Positions 41,301-49,780 of a DNA stretch of 64,000 nucleotides are shown one piece after another (within the stretch, counting starts at the first letter, position 1; every line of letters begins with the position of its first letter). Where the stretch lies: contig VFLI01000012.1 in NCBI GenBank assembly GCA_009885105.1, positions 1-64,000 on the forward strand, written 5' to 3'. A model generated the notes under the pieces. That model was not told the origin of the DNA. It saw only the letters and a program-made list of their open reading frames with translations, and did not search any database. The DNA comes from Spirochaetia bacterium (GTDB lineage Bacteria > Spirochaetota > Leptospiria > Leptospirales > Leptonemataceae). The translations under genes were made by a program, and so were the position numbers.

Positions 41301-41343
41301 TATGACTTATGTACGAGATTACCAGCGTTTTTTCGGGTTGACG
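41244..41343 (+). repeat. island repeat copy 1 (core only; the 3' promoter module is replaced)
   Basis: Shares the sharp 5' boundary AAATTTAAGCCCCCAGCCTTCCAAAGTCTCTCGTG... with the copies at 45594, 47279, 48837 and 49677. Confidence 0.8.
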
Positions 41344-41344
41344 A
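41294..41344 (+). terminator. stem-loop (ccggtaat...attaccag) + T6 inside repeat copy 1
   Basis: 8-bp imperfect stem, ~26-nt loop, then TTTTTT. Confidence 0.3.
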
Positions 41345-41386
41345 ATTTTCCCGGATCTGCCTGAGATAGCAGTATTATCTTAGAAA

Positions 41387-42175
41387 ACGAAGTCCTACAT
41401 GTGGGTCATGCACGGTGGCGATCCGGATCACCCGATCGTTTCTTTCGAATACCGCGAGTCGCGAGCGGGCGACTTCCTGAAAGAAAGGCTGCGCAACTTC
41501 AGCGGCACGGTGATGAGTGACGGGTACGCCGGTTACGAGCACCTCAAAGGGAGCGATGGGATTGCACTGGCCGCCTGCTGGGCGCACGCGCGCCGCAGAT
41601 TCTTCAAAGCGCACGAGCTTGCGAAATCCAGCCCGGGCCCCATTCACGTACTTGAGGAGATCAGGAAGCTCTATCGACTTGAGAAGGAACTGCATGACGT
41701 CGGACCGCCGAAAAGGAAGAAGCGCAGACGGACTGAAGCCATTCCGATTTTGGAGGAGCTAAAAGCATTTCTCGACAGAGAATCTCTGTCAGTCGTTCCG
41801 ACCGGCCGGTACGGTAGCGCCATCCGCTATACCCTGGGCCTCTGGGACCGACTCGTCGTCTACGCACAGTCAGGCGTCGTTCCAATCGACAACAACGGTT
41901 CCGAAAACGCGATCCGTCCCTTCGTTGTTGGGCGGAAGAACTGGCTCTTTTTCGATACCCAGCGCGGCGCGCATGCCGGAACTCTGATCTACAGCCTCAT
42001 CGAAACAGCCAGAGCCAACGGTCTCGAACCCTACTGGTATCTGCGCCGCCTCTTTGAGGTCTTTCCCCGAACGCCAGCAACCGCGGACGCTCTTCGGGGA
42101 CTGCTGCCGCACCGCGTTACGTCTGCCACTCTCGATGCGCACTTTGCGTCAAGACGGGGGAAATAGGGCGCTTAC
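41387..42175 (+). mobile_element. IS66-family remnant: TnpC C-terminal half plus intact right terminal inverted repeat, 5'-truncated by the IS91-like element
   Basis: KSYMWVMHGG...DGYAGY...CWAHARRRF is the IS66 TnpC signature (ORF 41399..42166). The right end is AAATAGGGCGCTTAC, the reverse complement of GTAAGCGCCCTATTT, at 42161-42175. Confidence 0.7.
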
Positions 42176-45100
42176 ATTATGGTAACGCCCTGCCAATCGT
42201 GGGGCAGGCCGTGCTTCGCATAGTATTCGCATCGCTTTAAATACAGGGCTGCTGCTTTGTCGGCGGGATTTTTATCGAAGGTCGCCTGAAAAAATCCATT
42301 GGATTTTTCAAAATCATTATCCATGAAGTGAAAAAGTCCCAATTCAAAGTCATGTCTCGTTTCTTTTTTCAATTCCTTTTGATCATCCGGATCGGCATCA
42401 AACATTTCAAATACACTCACCGAATCCTTTTTACCCTTGACTTTAACGTGATCCAAGATCCGGTAATTATAGATTGTAGGATCTGAAAGTTGAGAAAATG
42501 TTTTCTCGCTGATGACAAGAGTAGCCCCATACATTTTTGTTAGGCTCTCCAGACGTGATGCAAGGTTCACAGCGTCTGAAATAACCGTGCCATCCATACG
42601 ATTTTCACTGCCGACAGTACCGAGCATCAAGTTTCCGGTGTGAATTCCTATCCCAATTCGCAATTCCACCTTTCCGTTTTCTGCACGACGTTTGTTGTAT
42701 TCTTTCAGAAGTTTCGTCATTTCAATAGCGGCTTTCAAAGCATCTTCTGCACTCTTGGGAAATAGAGCCATGATTGCGTCACCGATGAATTTATCGATAA
42801 AGCCATTATGGTCAGCAATGACCGGAGCGGTTCTGCCTAAGAACGAATTGATAAAATCAAAATTTTCTTTGGGAGTCATTTTTTCCGAGAGACTGGTAAA
42901 ATCACGGATATCGGAGAAAAATATCGACATCTCTTTTTCCACATGATCGCCCAAATGTATATCGATTATGCTTTGCCTTCCCAATTGATTCAAAAATTCA
43001 CTTGGGACAAAGCGGGAAGCCGCCAGGTTGATTTGTGATAGACCAAAGTGGGTTTTCAGTCGGGCAAATAATTCATTTTTCGAAAATGGCTTGGTGATAT
43101 AATCATTCGCCCCGGCTGAGAAACCTTCAACCAGATCAGATACCTGGCTTTTTGCCGTCAGCATTATGACCGGCAATTCGCCAGTAGAAAAATTCTCGCG
43201 CAGTTTTTGACAAGTATCAAAACCGCTTAAACCCGGCATCATGATATCGAGAAGAACTATATCGGGACGATAGCCTGCACGAATTTTTTCTAAAGCCTCA
43301 GAGCCAGTGCCGGCCAGTTCGGTTTGAATTCCCGCAAGGGTCAAATAATTCTTCAATACTTGCAGGTTAACCGGCTCGTCATCCACTGCTAAGACTTTGA
43401 TGTCATGACCATCGGTCTCTATTAGTTTTTCTCGTCGGTCTTTAAGAGTTATCCTCTGTTCCTCTTCGACAGGAATGTCTGTGATTCGTCCGGGACTCTT
43501 CGCATCTCGGACGATCTTGTCAACAGTCACAGACCTGAGTTTTTCGGATTCCTCGGGCACATTTTGTATTTCATATTCATTACTTTCTTTCGCAACGGCC
43601 GGTATGGCAAAAGTAAAACGCGCGCCTTGTCCCGGAGCCGAATCGACCTTTATAGTTCCACCATGCAGCTCAACAAGCTGTTTTGTGATAGTCAATCCAA
43701 TTCCTGTTCCCCCAAATTCACGTGCGGTTGAACCATCGGCCTGTTCAAAAGACTCAAAAATAGCTGAATGTTTTTCGGCAGGGATTCCAATCCCAGTATC
43801 GGCAACTGTAACGGCGATAAAATCCCCTTGCCGTTCCGCCAAAAGAGTTATGCTTCCTTGCTTGGTGAATTTAATCGCATTGCTGACCAAGTTTAATAAG
43901 ATCTGCTGCAATCGATTTTCATCGGCCTTCACCCGAATGTCAGGATCAATTTTCAATACAAGGTCTATTTGCTTTTGACCTATCAAAGACTTGGCTAATT
44001 TTAACACCAATTCGGAGATGTTGTGCAGATCGATTGTAGAGGTTTGCAGAATAATCTCATGGTTTTTCAGCTTGGAGAAATCGAGAATGTCATTAACCAG
44101 AAAGCTTAAGCGCTTGCCGCTTGCAACGATCATATTGATATTTTCATAAGCGGTTTGATTGAGCGGCCCGGCTATTCCATCTTTCAACGATTCGGCCAGG
44201 CCGATGATTCCGTTTAAAGGAGTACGAAGTTCATGGGAAGTGTTTGTAAGAAATTCGTCCTTTAGCCTGTCAAGCTCCTGAAGCCGCTTGTTATTGCCTT
44301 CCAGCTCGATGGAATATCCTTGTACCATCGTGTAGATGCCGCGGATTCGGACAACAGCAACGCCCGCTGCGCCCAGGAAAAAAGCGAGTAGACCATAGTT
44401 GAAGTACCACCGGCCCGATATTGCTCCCATGGCGTTTAACGTTGCGTGTAAGCCCGTGATGCTCATTAAGCCAATGCCTAATGCAAGAACTTGGGCTTCG
44501 CGGTTGCTTTGAACGGCTTCATAGGTGATAATCCCCAGGAACAGCAAAGACGTTGGCAGCAATGCCAGTTGAAACGGGAGGAGAGTCCGCGAGAGTGCAA
44601 GAATTCCGGTCTGGTCAAGGATCACCGCAAGGGGGCCGTAAGCACCGAATGCAATCCAAAGAACGCGAGCCAGCTTCTGGAACTTCCGAGTGAGTTTTCC
44701 GAGGTCAGAAAAGGCGAGTACTGCAGCCGGTATCCCGTACATGGAAAGGTATTCAGCCGTAGGCCGGAAAGAAAAATTGCGGAACATCATCTCTCCCAGA
44801 TAGGATGATAGCAACAAGAAGAAGCCGATGGTCATATAGCAAGCACCCAGAGTGGCGAAAAGAGCGTCTCGGCGAAACAGGAACACACCCAGACTGAGTA
44901 CTCCAAAAAACAAACCCAGCACCGCGATGGCGAAGTACTCCAGGCTGCTACGCACTCTTTCGGCCAGTACGGAATGCTGATCGCCGTAGGTATCCGTGAT
45001 TAGCTGGCTTCTCTGTTCGCAGAACATTTCCAAGAGTACGATTCCACCACCACGACCTTGCAGGTCGATGATGTGTTCCGTCCAGCCGTGAAATTGACCC

Positions 45101-45447
45101 GGGTGGAAGCCCTCCGGGCCCGAATACACGTACACTTGCTTGTCATTGATGTAGGCGCGCATGTAACATGGGTGGCGGAACATCCGGACGGCTGCGTTAG
45201 CGAGATTCAGCTCCGGGAGGCGGATCCGGACAAAGGTTGTTGCCCCCGGAAAGGATATCGCATACGGGTCACCGGTTTTCTTGTCACACTTTGCAAAGAT
45301 ACGCTCCGTCATCCCCGGTCCAGGGGAAATTCCACCAGGATCACGGCAGTACATCTGAGGTTCGGTCAAAAGGACGACCTTGGAGCCTGACAATGGTTCC
45401 GGTCCCACGATGCATCCTTCGAGCAGAAATGCAACCAAGAATACCAT
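42172..45447 (-). CDS. hybrid 7TMR-DISM sensor histidine kinase - receiver - class III adenylate cyclase - TPR protein
   Basis: In order: 7TMR-DISMED2 + 7TM, HisKA (HELRTPLNGI), HATPase (GTGIGLTITKQLVELHGG), REC (VLAVDDEPVN...LLDIMMPG), cyclase (IFFSDIRDFTSL...FIGDAIMALF...GTVGS), then TPR. The stop codon lies inside the IS66 right IR. Confidence 0.8.
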   Translation of the reverse strand: MVFLVAFLLEGCIVGPEPLSGSKVVLLTEPQMYCRDPGGISPGPGMTERIFAKCDKKTGDPYAISFPGATTFVRIRLPELNLANAAVRMFRHPCYMRAYINDKQVYVYSGPEGFHPGQFHGWTEHIIDLQGRGGGIVLLEMFCEQRSQLITDTYGDQHSVLAERVRSSLEYFAIAVLGLFFGVLSLGVFLFRRDALFATLGACYMTIGFFLLLSSYLGEMMFRNFSFRPTAEYLSMYGIPAAVLAFSDLGKLTRKFQKLARVLWIAFGAYGPLAVILDQTGILALSRTLLPFQLALLPTSLLFLGIITYEAVQSNREAQVLALGIGLMSITGLHATLNAMGAISGRWYFNYGLLAFFLGAAGVAVVRIRGIYTMVQGYSIELEGNNKRLQELDRLKDEFLTNTSHELRTPLNGIIGLAESLKDGIAGPLNQTAYENINMIVASGKRLSFLVNDILDFSKLKNHEIILQTSTIDLHNISELVLKLAKSLIGQKQIDLVLKIDPDIRVKADENRLQQILLNLVSNAIKFTKQGSITLLAERQGDFIAVTVADTGIGIPAEKHSAIFESFEQADGSTAREFGGTGIGLTITKQLVELHGGTIKVDSAPGQGARFTFAIPAVAKESNEYEIQNVPEESEKLRSVTVDKIVRDAKSPGRITDIPVEEEQRITLKDRREKLIETDGHDIKVLAVDDEPVNLQVLKNYLTLAGIQTELAGTGSEALEKIRAGYRPDIVLLDIMMPGLSGFDTCQKLRENFSTGELPVIMLTAKSQVSDLVEGFSAGANDYITKPFSKNELFARLKTHFGLSQINLAASRFVPSEFLNQLGRQSIIDIHLGDHVEKEMSIFFSDIRDFTSLSEKMTPKENFDFINSFLGRTAPVIADHNGFIDKFIGDAIMALFPKSAEDALKAAIEMTKLLKEYNKRRAENGKVELRIGIGIHTGNLMLGTVGSENRMDGTVISDAVNLASRLESLTKMYGATLVISEKTFSQLSDPTIYNYRILDHVKVKGKKDSVSVFEMFDADPDDQKELKKETRHDFELGLFHFMDNDFEKSNGFFQATFDKNPADKAAALYLKRCEYYAKHGLPHDWQGVTIM

Positions 45448-45644
45448 GGCGCGGAATATCGGAATCGGCTTCCTGTCGTTACGCTTTCGTTTAAAAGAAC
45501 TGACTACAACCTCCTCTGGGTGGCCTTTGAATAAGTTAGATGGATCTTTACCTTCTAGGAACTTACGGTCCAGTTGACCGCTTCCAGGTCCACAAATTTA
45601 AGCCCCCAGCCTTCCAAAGTCTCTCGTGGACCCCGGCCAGTATC

Positions 45645-45684
45645 CGGTAATATCACTTATGTACGAGATTACCAGCGTTTTTTC
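45645..45684 (+). terminator. stem-loop + T6 inside repeat copy 2
   Basis: ccggtaat-N15-attaccag then cgTTTTTT. Confidence 0.3.
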
Positions 45685-45687
45685 TGT

Positions 45688-45717
45688 TTGACCGGAAGGT
45701 CGCCGGGGTTCTATACT
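45688..45717 (+). promoter_or_regulatory. outward-facing sigma70-like promoter at the 3' end of repeat copy 2 (TTGACC-N18-TATACT), aimed at vapBC
   Basis: Near-consensus -35/-10 with 18-bp spacing. The vapB ATG is 53 bp downstream. Confidence 0.4.
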
Positions 45718-45769
45718 GCCAGTAGTTTCCTATAAAACCAGGATGAATCTATTTTAGCCGGGATACTAT

Positions 45770-45976
45770 ATGAAAATTAAAGAACGTTACATTGTCGATG
45801 ATAAAGGCGAAAAGGTCTCTGTTGTTCTGGATATCGCAGATTATCAAGAACTGATTGCGGCGAAGGAAGAGAAATCTCTCTCTCGTCCCGAAGAGCGTAA
45901 ATCATTGAAGGGTATCCTGAACGGAACTGGTATCACCGAAGAAGATCTGGAAGATGCCAAAAAAATATGGAGATAA
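45770..45976 (+). CDS. type II antitoxin (Phd/VapB-like)
   Basis: 68 aa (KVSVVLDIADYQELIAAKEE), overlapping the downstream PIN gene. Confidence 0.55.
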   Translation: MKIKERYIVDDKGEKVSVVLDIADYQELIAAKEEKSLSRPEERKSLKGILNGTGITEEDLEDAKKIWR

Positions 45977-46353
45977 CTCTGGATACCCACAGCCTTATCT
46001 GGCATGTGGATGAAAGATTAAATCATCTCCTTTCTAAGGAAGCCCTCAAAACAATAACGGAGGCTGAAAACTCCGGCGTAATTTATATCCCTGTTATTGT
46101 GCTGACTGAAATTCTCCATATCACCGAGAAGAAAAGGATACATCTTGATTTCAACACATTTCTTAATGAAATCGAAAACAGCAATGTATACCGGATAGTA
46201 CCTCTCGATATCGAAATAATAAAAATCTCTATGAATATAAAAGGACAAGAAATGCATGACCGGCTGATTCTTGCGACTGCCATCTGCATGAAGACTCCTC
46301 TCGTATCGAAAGATACCGCTATCGCATCCGGTGGATTTAAAACGATCTGGTAG
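45967..46353 (+). CDS. vapC: PIN-domain toxin VapC
   Basis: PIN acidic residues (LDTHSLIW ... DRLILATAI ... SKD). Confidence 0.7.
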   Translation: MEITLDTHSLIWHVDERLNHLLSKEALKTITEAENSGVIYIPVIVLTEILHITEKKRIHLDFNTFLNEIENSNVYRIVPLDIEIIKISMNIKGQEMHDRLILATAICMKTPLVSKDTAIASGGFKTIW

Positions 46354-46729
46354 AGGACTTCTCTCCCCCTCTCAGCGGCAGCGGTGGCAGACAGGAATGG
46401 AATTCGTCTTGTTCTTATTCTTCCAGTCTAAATTCGATTATAATCCCTCCCTCTGAATCGCCATGGCTTTCCAGATACGCCCTCCCCGGCCAGCTGGCTC
46501 GACTGATGTTTGTCCGTCGATTCCAGCCAGAAATTCTGAACAAATTTGCGGCGCTATTCTATTCGCACCAGTTGCGGAAAGCGGGCGGCAATCTTTCCAA
46601 AGAATGGCTGCCGGGAATTCTAACGACGCTGCACAAAAGCGGGAACAGTCTTCACGTCAAGAGCGAGGAGGGGCCTTGCGCCCACGGATTTTTCGCGCCC
46701 GGAGGGCGCCACTTCTCGTGTGCCGGAGG

Positions 46730-47278
46730 CACGGAAGTCCGGCGCGTCTTCGCGTCCGTCCGAAGCAATGGTCCCGCCGAGCGACATCCGCATATTCATA
46801 TGATTGCGAGCCGAGAAATTGTCAATATTCATACCGGTGAAAATCTGAAACCCGCATATATTCCGTATCGCAGAGTACATCGCATTCAAATTTTTTTTAA
46901 TATAATCACTTCTCCATTCCAACGAGAACAGGGTGTCTTCCGAGAGCGTGGACGGTCCGCCGTCAGCTCGAAGGGAGATGCCCTGTTCGAGTCTGCACAT
47001 GGTCCAGAGCGATTGAACAATCTTTTGAGAAAAAACCGGAGCTGTGTCCGGACTGCAGGGGGCCGATGGTTCTAACACTGATTTTTGCTGGAGCTTCAAA
47101 TCGATTGATTCTGAGAATACGAAAGACACATGTGCTGTTTAATGGATATTTTCGACCGATTCGCGGACCGTAGGTTAATCAGGTCATATTCACTACCTCA
47201 TCTGTTTTAAAAAAAAAGCTACGATAGCAAGCCTCGCAGACCTATAATCATTCGATTTTACCTGCTAAAGCGGGCCGC
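46730..47278 (+). pseudogene. IS91-family-like transposase remnant, copy 2 (frameshifted; retains the C-terminal CPDCRGPM zinc ribbon)
   Basis: HPHIHMIASREIVNIHTGE parallels copy 1. The C-terminal zinc ribbon lies in another frame (KKPELCPDCRGPMVL). Confidence 0.45.
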
Positions 47279-47329
47279 GAAATTTAAGCCCCCAGCCTTC
47301 CAAAGTCTCTCGTGCACCCCTGCCCGTAT

Positions 47330-47368
47330 CCGGTAATCACTTATGCACGAGATTACCAGCGTTTTTTG
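47330..47368 (+). terminator. stem-loop + T6 inside repeat copy 3
   Basis: ccggtaat...attaccag then TTTTTT. Confidence 0.3.
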
Positions 47369-47372
47369 GTAT

Positions 47373-47401
47373 TGACTGGAAGATCGCCGGGGTTCTATAT
47401 T
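47373..47401 (+). promoter_or_regulatory. outward-facing promoter in repeat copy 3 (TTGACT-N17-TATATT), reading antisense into the DUF4258/MqsA-like pair
   Basis: Near-consensus hexamers. The downstream genes are on the opposite strand. Confidence 0.35.
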
Positions 47402-47504
47402 GGCAGTAGTTTCCTATAAAATCAACGGCTTTCGTAGTTCCCGCGAATTCGTCGGGACTGACCCTGTCGCCAAAATGAAGTTGGAGTGTAATGTGGCATC
47501 CTTA

Positions 47505-47729
47505 TCAGGCTGCATATCTCAGAATCTCAACCTCAGCATTGCGCTTGACCGCTTCTTCAGCCATGCTCATCACACGATCAGTAACGGCAACATCAAGATA
47601 GTATTCACCACATTGCAGGCACACTTTGCCCGGTACTTCTTTTATGACGACGACAGTCTGACCGCGCTGCAGGGTAACAGTTACCGTGCCCGGCTCAACA
47701 CTGCCAGATTTACAAATTACACATTTCAT
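47505..47729 (-). CDS. MqsA/YgiT-type zinc-finger antitoxin-like protein
   Basis: MKCVICKSG...CLQCGEYY zinc ribbon. 4-bp overlap with the upstream toxin gene. Confidence 0.55.
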   Translation of the reverse strand: MKCVICKSGSVEPGTVTVTLQRGQTVVVIKEVPGKVCLQCGEYYLDVAVTDRVMSMAEEAVKRNAEVEILRYAA

Positions 47730-48016
47730 TGCGCTTTCCTTGTCTTCCAGTCTATATTCCATTCTGCGACATCGGGAATGTACGCTGTAACAACAATGCA
47801 AAGTCCCGAATATTTGTCAAATGCAACCACGATATGCAAAGGCTCCTGCCCGCGCCATCCCAGTACCAATTGGCTCGGATAAGGCTGGTCATTCGGGTAG
47901 TCTTCGACAACAACCAAAGCACTGCTAAGGATGCTACTGATGTCTGGCCGCCCAATGCCCCGCTCAAACATACGTGTCAGCGCATGACGGGTGAAATCCA
48001 CTTCACGGCAATCCAA
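47726..48016 (-). CDS. DUF4258-family toxin-like protein
   Basis: FTRHALTRMFERGI motif and ~96 aa, paired with a ZnF antitoxin-like gene. Confidence 0.5.
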   Translation of the reverse strand: MDCREVDFTRHALTRMFERGIGRPDISSILSSALVVVEDYPNDQPYPSQLVLGWRGQEPLHIVVAFDKYSGLCIVVTAYIPDVAEWNIDWKTRKAQ

Positions 48017-48059
48017 AGGCCAACTCCTTTATATTCATTCACCATACTCTCTCAATAAG

Positions 48060-48665
48060 TCATCGGTTGCGCGCCAGGCGGAACCCGGTGTAGTCGTCCC
48101 CGTCGACAGGCCTGTAGCCGAGGCGGAGTGTCACGCGAGCGTACCTCGCAAAGCCATCCCACGAACCGCCACGCAAAGCCCGGATTTCACCCGAATCCGG
48201 ACCGTGTGGATTCGTTTGGACAGACGATGGATATGCGGCTCTCCAATCATAGGTCCACTCTCAGACGTTGCCGCTCATGTCATACAGACCCAATCCGTTC
48301 GCACGCTTCTGACCCACAGCATGCGTCTGATTCCCTGAATTCGTATCAATCCAAGCATATCACCGGATGATTGTCCTGCTGAATCCTTCCGTTGCAACTC
48401 AGCCACGTGTGAGCTCGGTCTTTGCCAGATAAAATTCGCTCAGTGTAACTTGATGCCCTGGCTTTTCGTCCGCTTCACCGACGCCGAACGTATCGCCCAT
48501 TTGAAATGTACCGCCGTGAATCAGAATCATGGCATTGACCACCGAGGATGCTGGTCTTTGCGCGATGATAGTCGTGACAGCAAGGGAAATTGCAAAAACG
48601 AATGTGAATATTAAAGTCCGTCTCAATTGGCGATGCATGGGATTGTGGTTACCAAAATACTTCAT
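48060..48665 (-). pseudogene. formylglycine-generating-enzyme (FGE/SUMF1) domain pseudogene
   Basis: The N-terminal fragment GGTFQMGD...PGHQVTLSEFYLAKTE is in one frame. The C-terminal motifs GLYDMSGNV*EWTYDW and RGGSWDGFARY...GFRLAR are in another frame, with TGA replacing the conserved Trp. About 600 bp remains where ~870 is expected. Confidence 0.65.
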
Positions 48666-48836
48666 ATATGTTCCTCCAGTATCCTATACATAAATGAATA
48701 AAAATACCTGTCAAGGTTAAAAATCATACGTAGTGATTTCTTTTATCAAAGTCGGTCGAAAGATAGTGCGATATGAATTACGACGAAAAGCCGATCCTAT
48801 TCTCCCGCCGCATTACTCAACAATACAAATTTAAGC

Positions 48837-48970
48837 CCCCATCCTTCCAAAGTCTCTCGTGCACCCCCGCCAGTATCTGGTGATATCATTTATGTACGAG
48901 ATTATCAGCTTTTTTTCAGATTGACGGGAAGGTCGCCGGGGTTCTATACTGCCAGTAGTTTCCTATAAAA
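48837..48970 (+). repeat. island repeat copy 4 (solo, slightly diverged hairpin)
   Basis: 134 bp, ending ...TTTCCTATAAAA like copies 2 and 3. Confidence 0.8.
48921..48950 (+). promoter_or_regulatory. outward-facing promoter in repeat copy 4 (TTGACG-N18-TATACT), antisense to the PIN-like pair
   Basis: Near-consensus hexamers. Confidence 0.35.
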
Positions 48971-48974
48971 TAAG

Positions 48975-49178
48975 TTATACTTTTTTAATTATTTTTGGCA
49001 GATCGATTTTGTGTTCGCGCAGGAAGCGCTCATTATTTTCATTGATTTTCCGACAGCGCTCTTCCGGTGAAAGACTCTTCAACGAGTCGTATTCTTTTTG
49101 TGCTTTTTTTCGCCATTCCCAGACTTCTTCCAGAGCTCTATCGTATTTTTTTTCAGATTGCATAGCGGGAAACCTCAA
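48975..49178 (-). CDS. small hypothetical protein (possible partner of the upstream PIN-like protein)
   Basis: 67-aa charged ORF overlapping the 3' end of 49153..49623. Confidence 0.3.
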   Translation of the reverse strand: MRFPAMQSEKKYDRALEEVWEWRKKAQKEYDSLKSLSPEERCRKINENNERFLREHKIDLPKIIKKV

Positions 49179-49623
49179 AAGGTGAAATCAGGCTCAATTC
49201 TTTAGTATATCCACTCATTCGATTTACAGCCCGAACTTTTTCTTGACGTCCTATGTTGGCAATATGCTTCATATTCCAGCTGATTACAAAGTCAAGCTCA
49301 TAGTATGTGGCATAAGCAATGTGAAGCGCGTCAAGTTCGGCTGCGGAAGGCAGGGCTGATTCCAGATATTTTGCGGCGAGGTCGTCGATTTCCTCTGTCG
49401 CATCCAGATTTACCGGTTTATATTTTGCCACCATTGCTAGCAAGCGATCGCAAATTACAGGTGGCGCTGCGCTGAACTCGACCCTGACAGGATCGGCCAC
49501 AAAGATTTCGAAAGATTCGATTACAGAAAAAAATTCGCGCGTTATATCCCGTTTTTCCGGAGTGTCATCCGCGTAATAATAATTCCAGACAGATGTTTCA
49601 AGATATAGCTTAAGTTTTCTCAA
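49153..49623 (-). CDS. PIN-like domain protein (putative toxin)
   Basis: LYLETSVW ... DALHIAYA ... FVISWNMKHI arrangement of acidic and hydrophobic blocks. The assignment is weak. Confidence 0.35.
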   Translation of the reverse strand: MRKLKLYLETSVWNYYYADDTPEKRDITREFFSVIESFEIFVADPVRVEFSAAPPVICDRLLAMVAKYKPVNLDATEEIDDLAAKYLESALPSAAELDALHIAYATYYELDFVISWNMKHIANIGRQEKVRAVNRMSGYTKELSLISPFEVSRYAI

Positions 49624-49676
49624 CTATTCCCCCGCAGTATTAATGAGAATATACCCCAATTATACGGTCAACGGAA

Positions 49677-49745
49677 AAATTTAAGCCCCCTGTCATACAT
49701 AGGTCGCCCGGACATCCTGCCAGAATCCTGATATTCCGTGGCGGA
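49677..49745 (+). repeat. island repeat copy 5 (degenerate/partial)
   Basis: AAATTTAAGCCCCC start, then a diverged cctgccagaatcctgatatt segment. Abuts the stop of the histidine kinase gene. Confidence 0.5.
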
Positions 49746-49780
49746 TGATAATAGCCATGCGCAATTTCCTGAAACTCATT

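Larger units (their letters stand above)
45594..45737 (+). repeat. island repeat copy 2 (full length, solo)
   Basis: 144 bp, over 90% identical to copies 3 and 4. Confidence 0.85.
47279..47421 (+). repeat. island repeat copy 3 (full length, flanking tnp remnant copy 2)
   Basis: 143 bp with the same boundaries as copies 2 and 4. Confidence 0.85.

Noticed and set aside
48240-48270. TGA in the FGE fragment as selenocysteine or readthrough
   Set aside because: The TGA replaces a conserved Trp (TGG) in GNVWEW, and the gene also has a frameshift and a deletion. A nonsense mutation in a pseudogene is the simpler explanation.
45594-49745. Integron-like cassette array (conserved repeats as attC sites separating TA cassettes, as in Vibrio VCRs)
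   Set aside because: The repeat is not an overall imperfect palindrome (no R''/R' GTTRRRY-type ends). It is physically attached to the 3' ends of HUH-Y2 transposase remnants. The cassette genes are in mixed orientation. No IntI-like recombinase is in the window.
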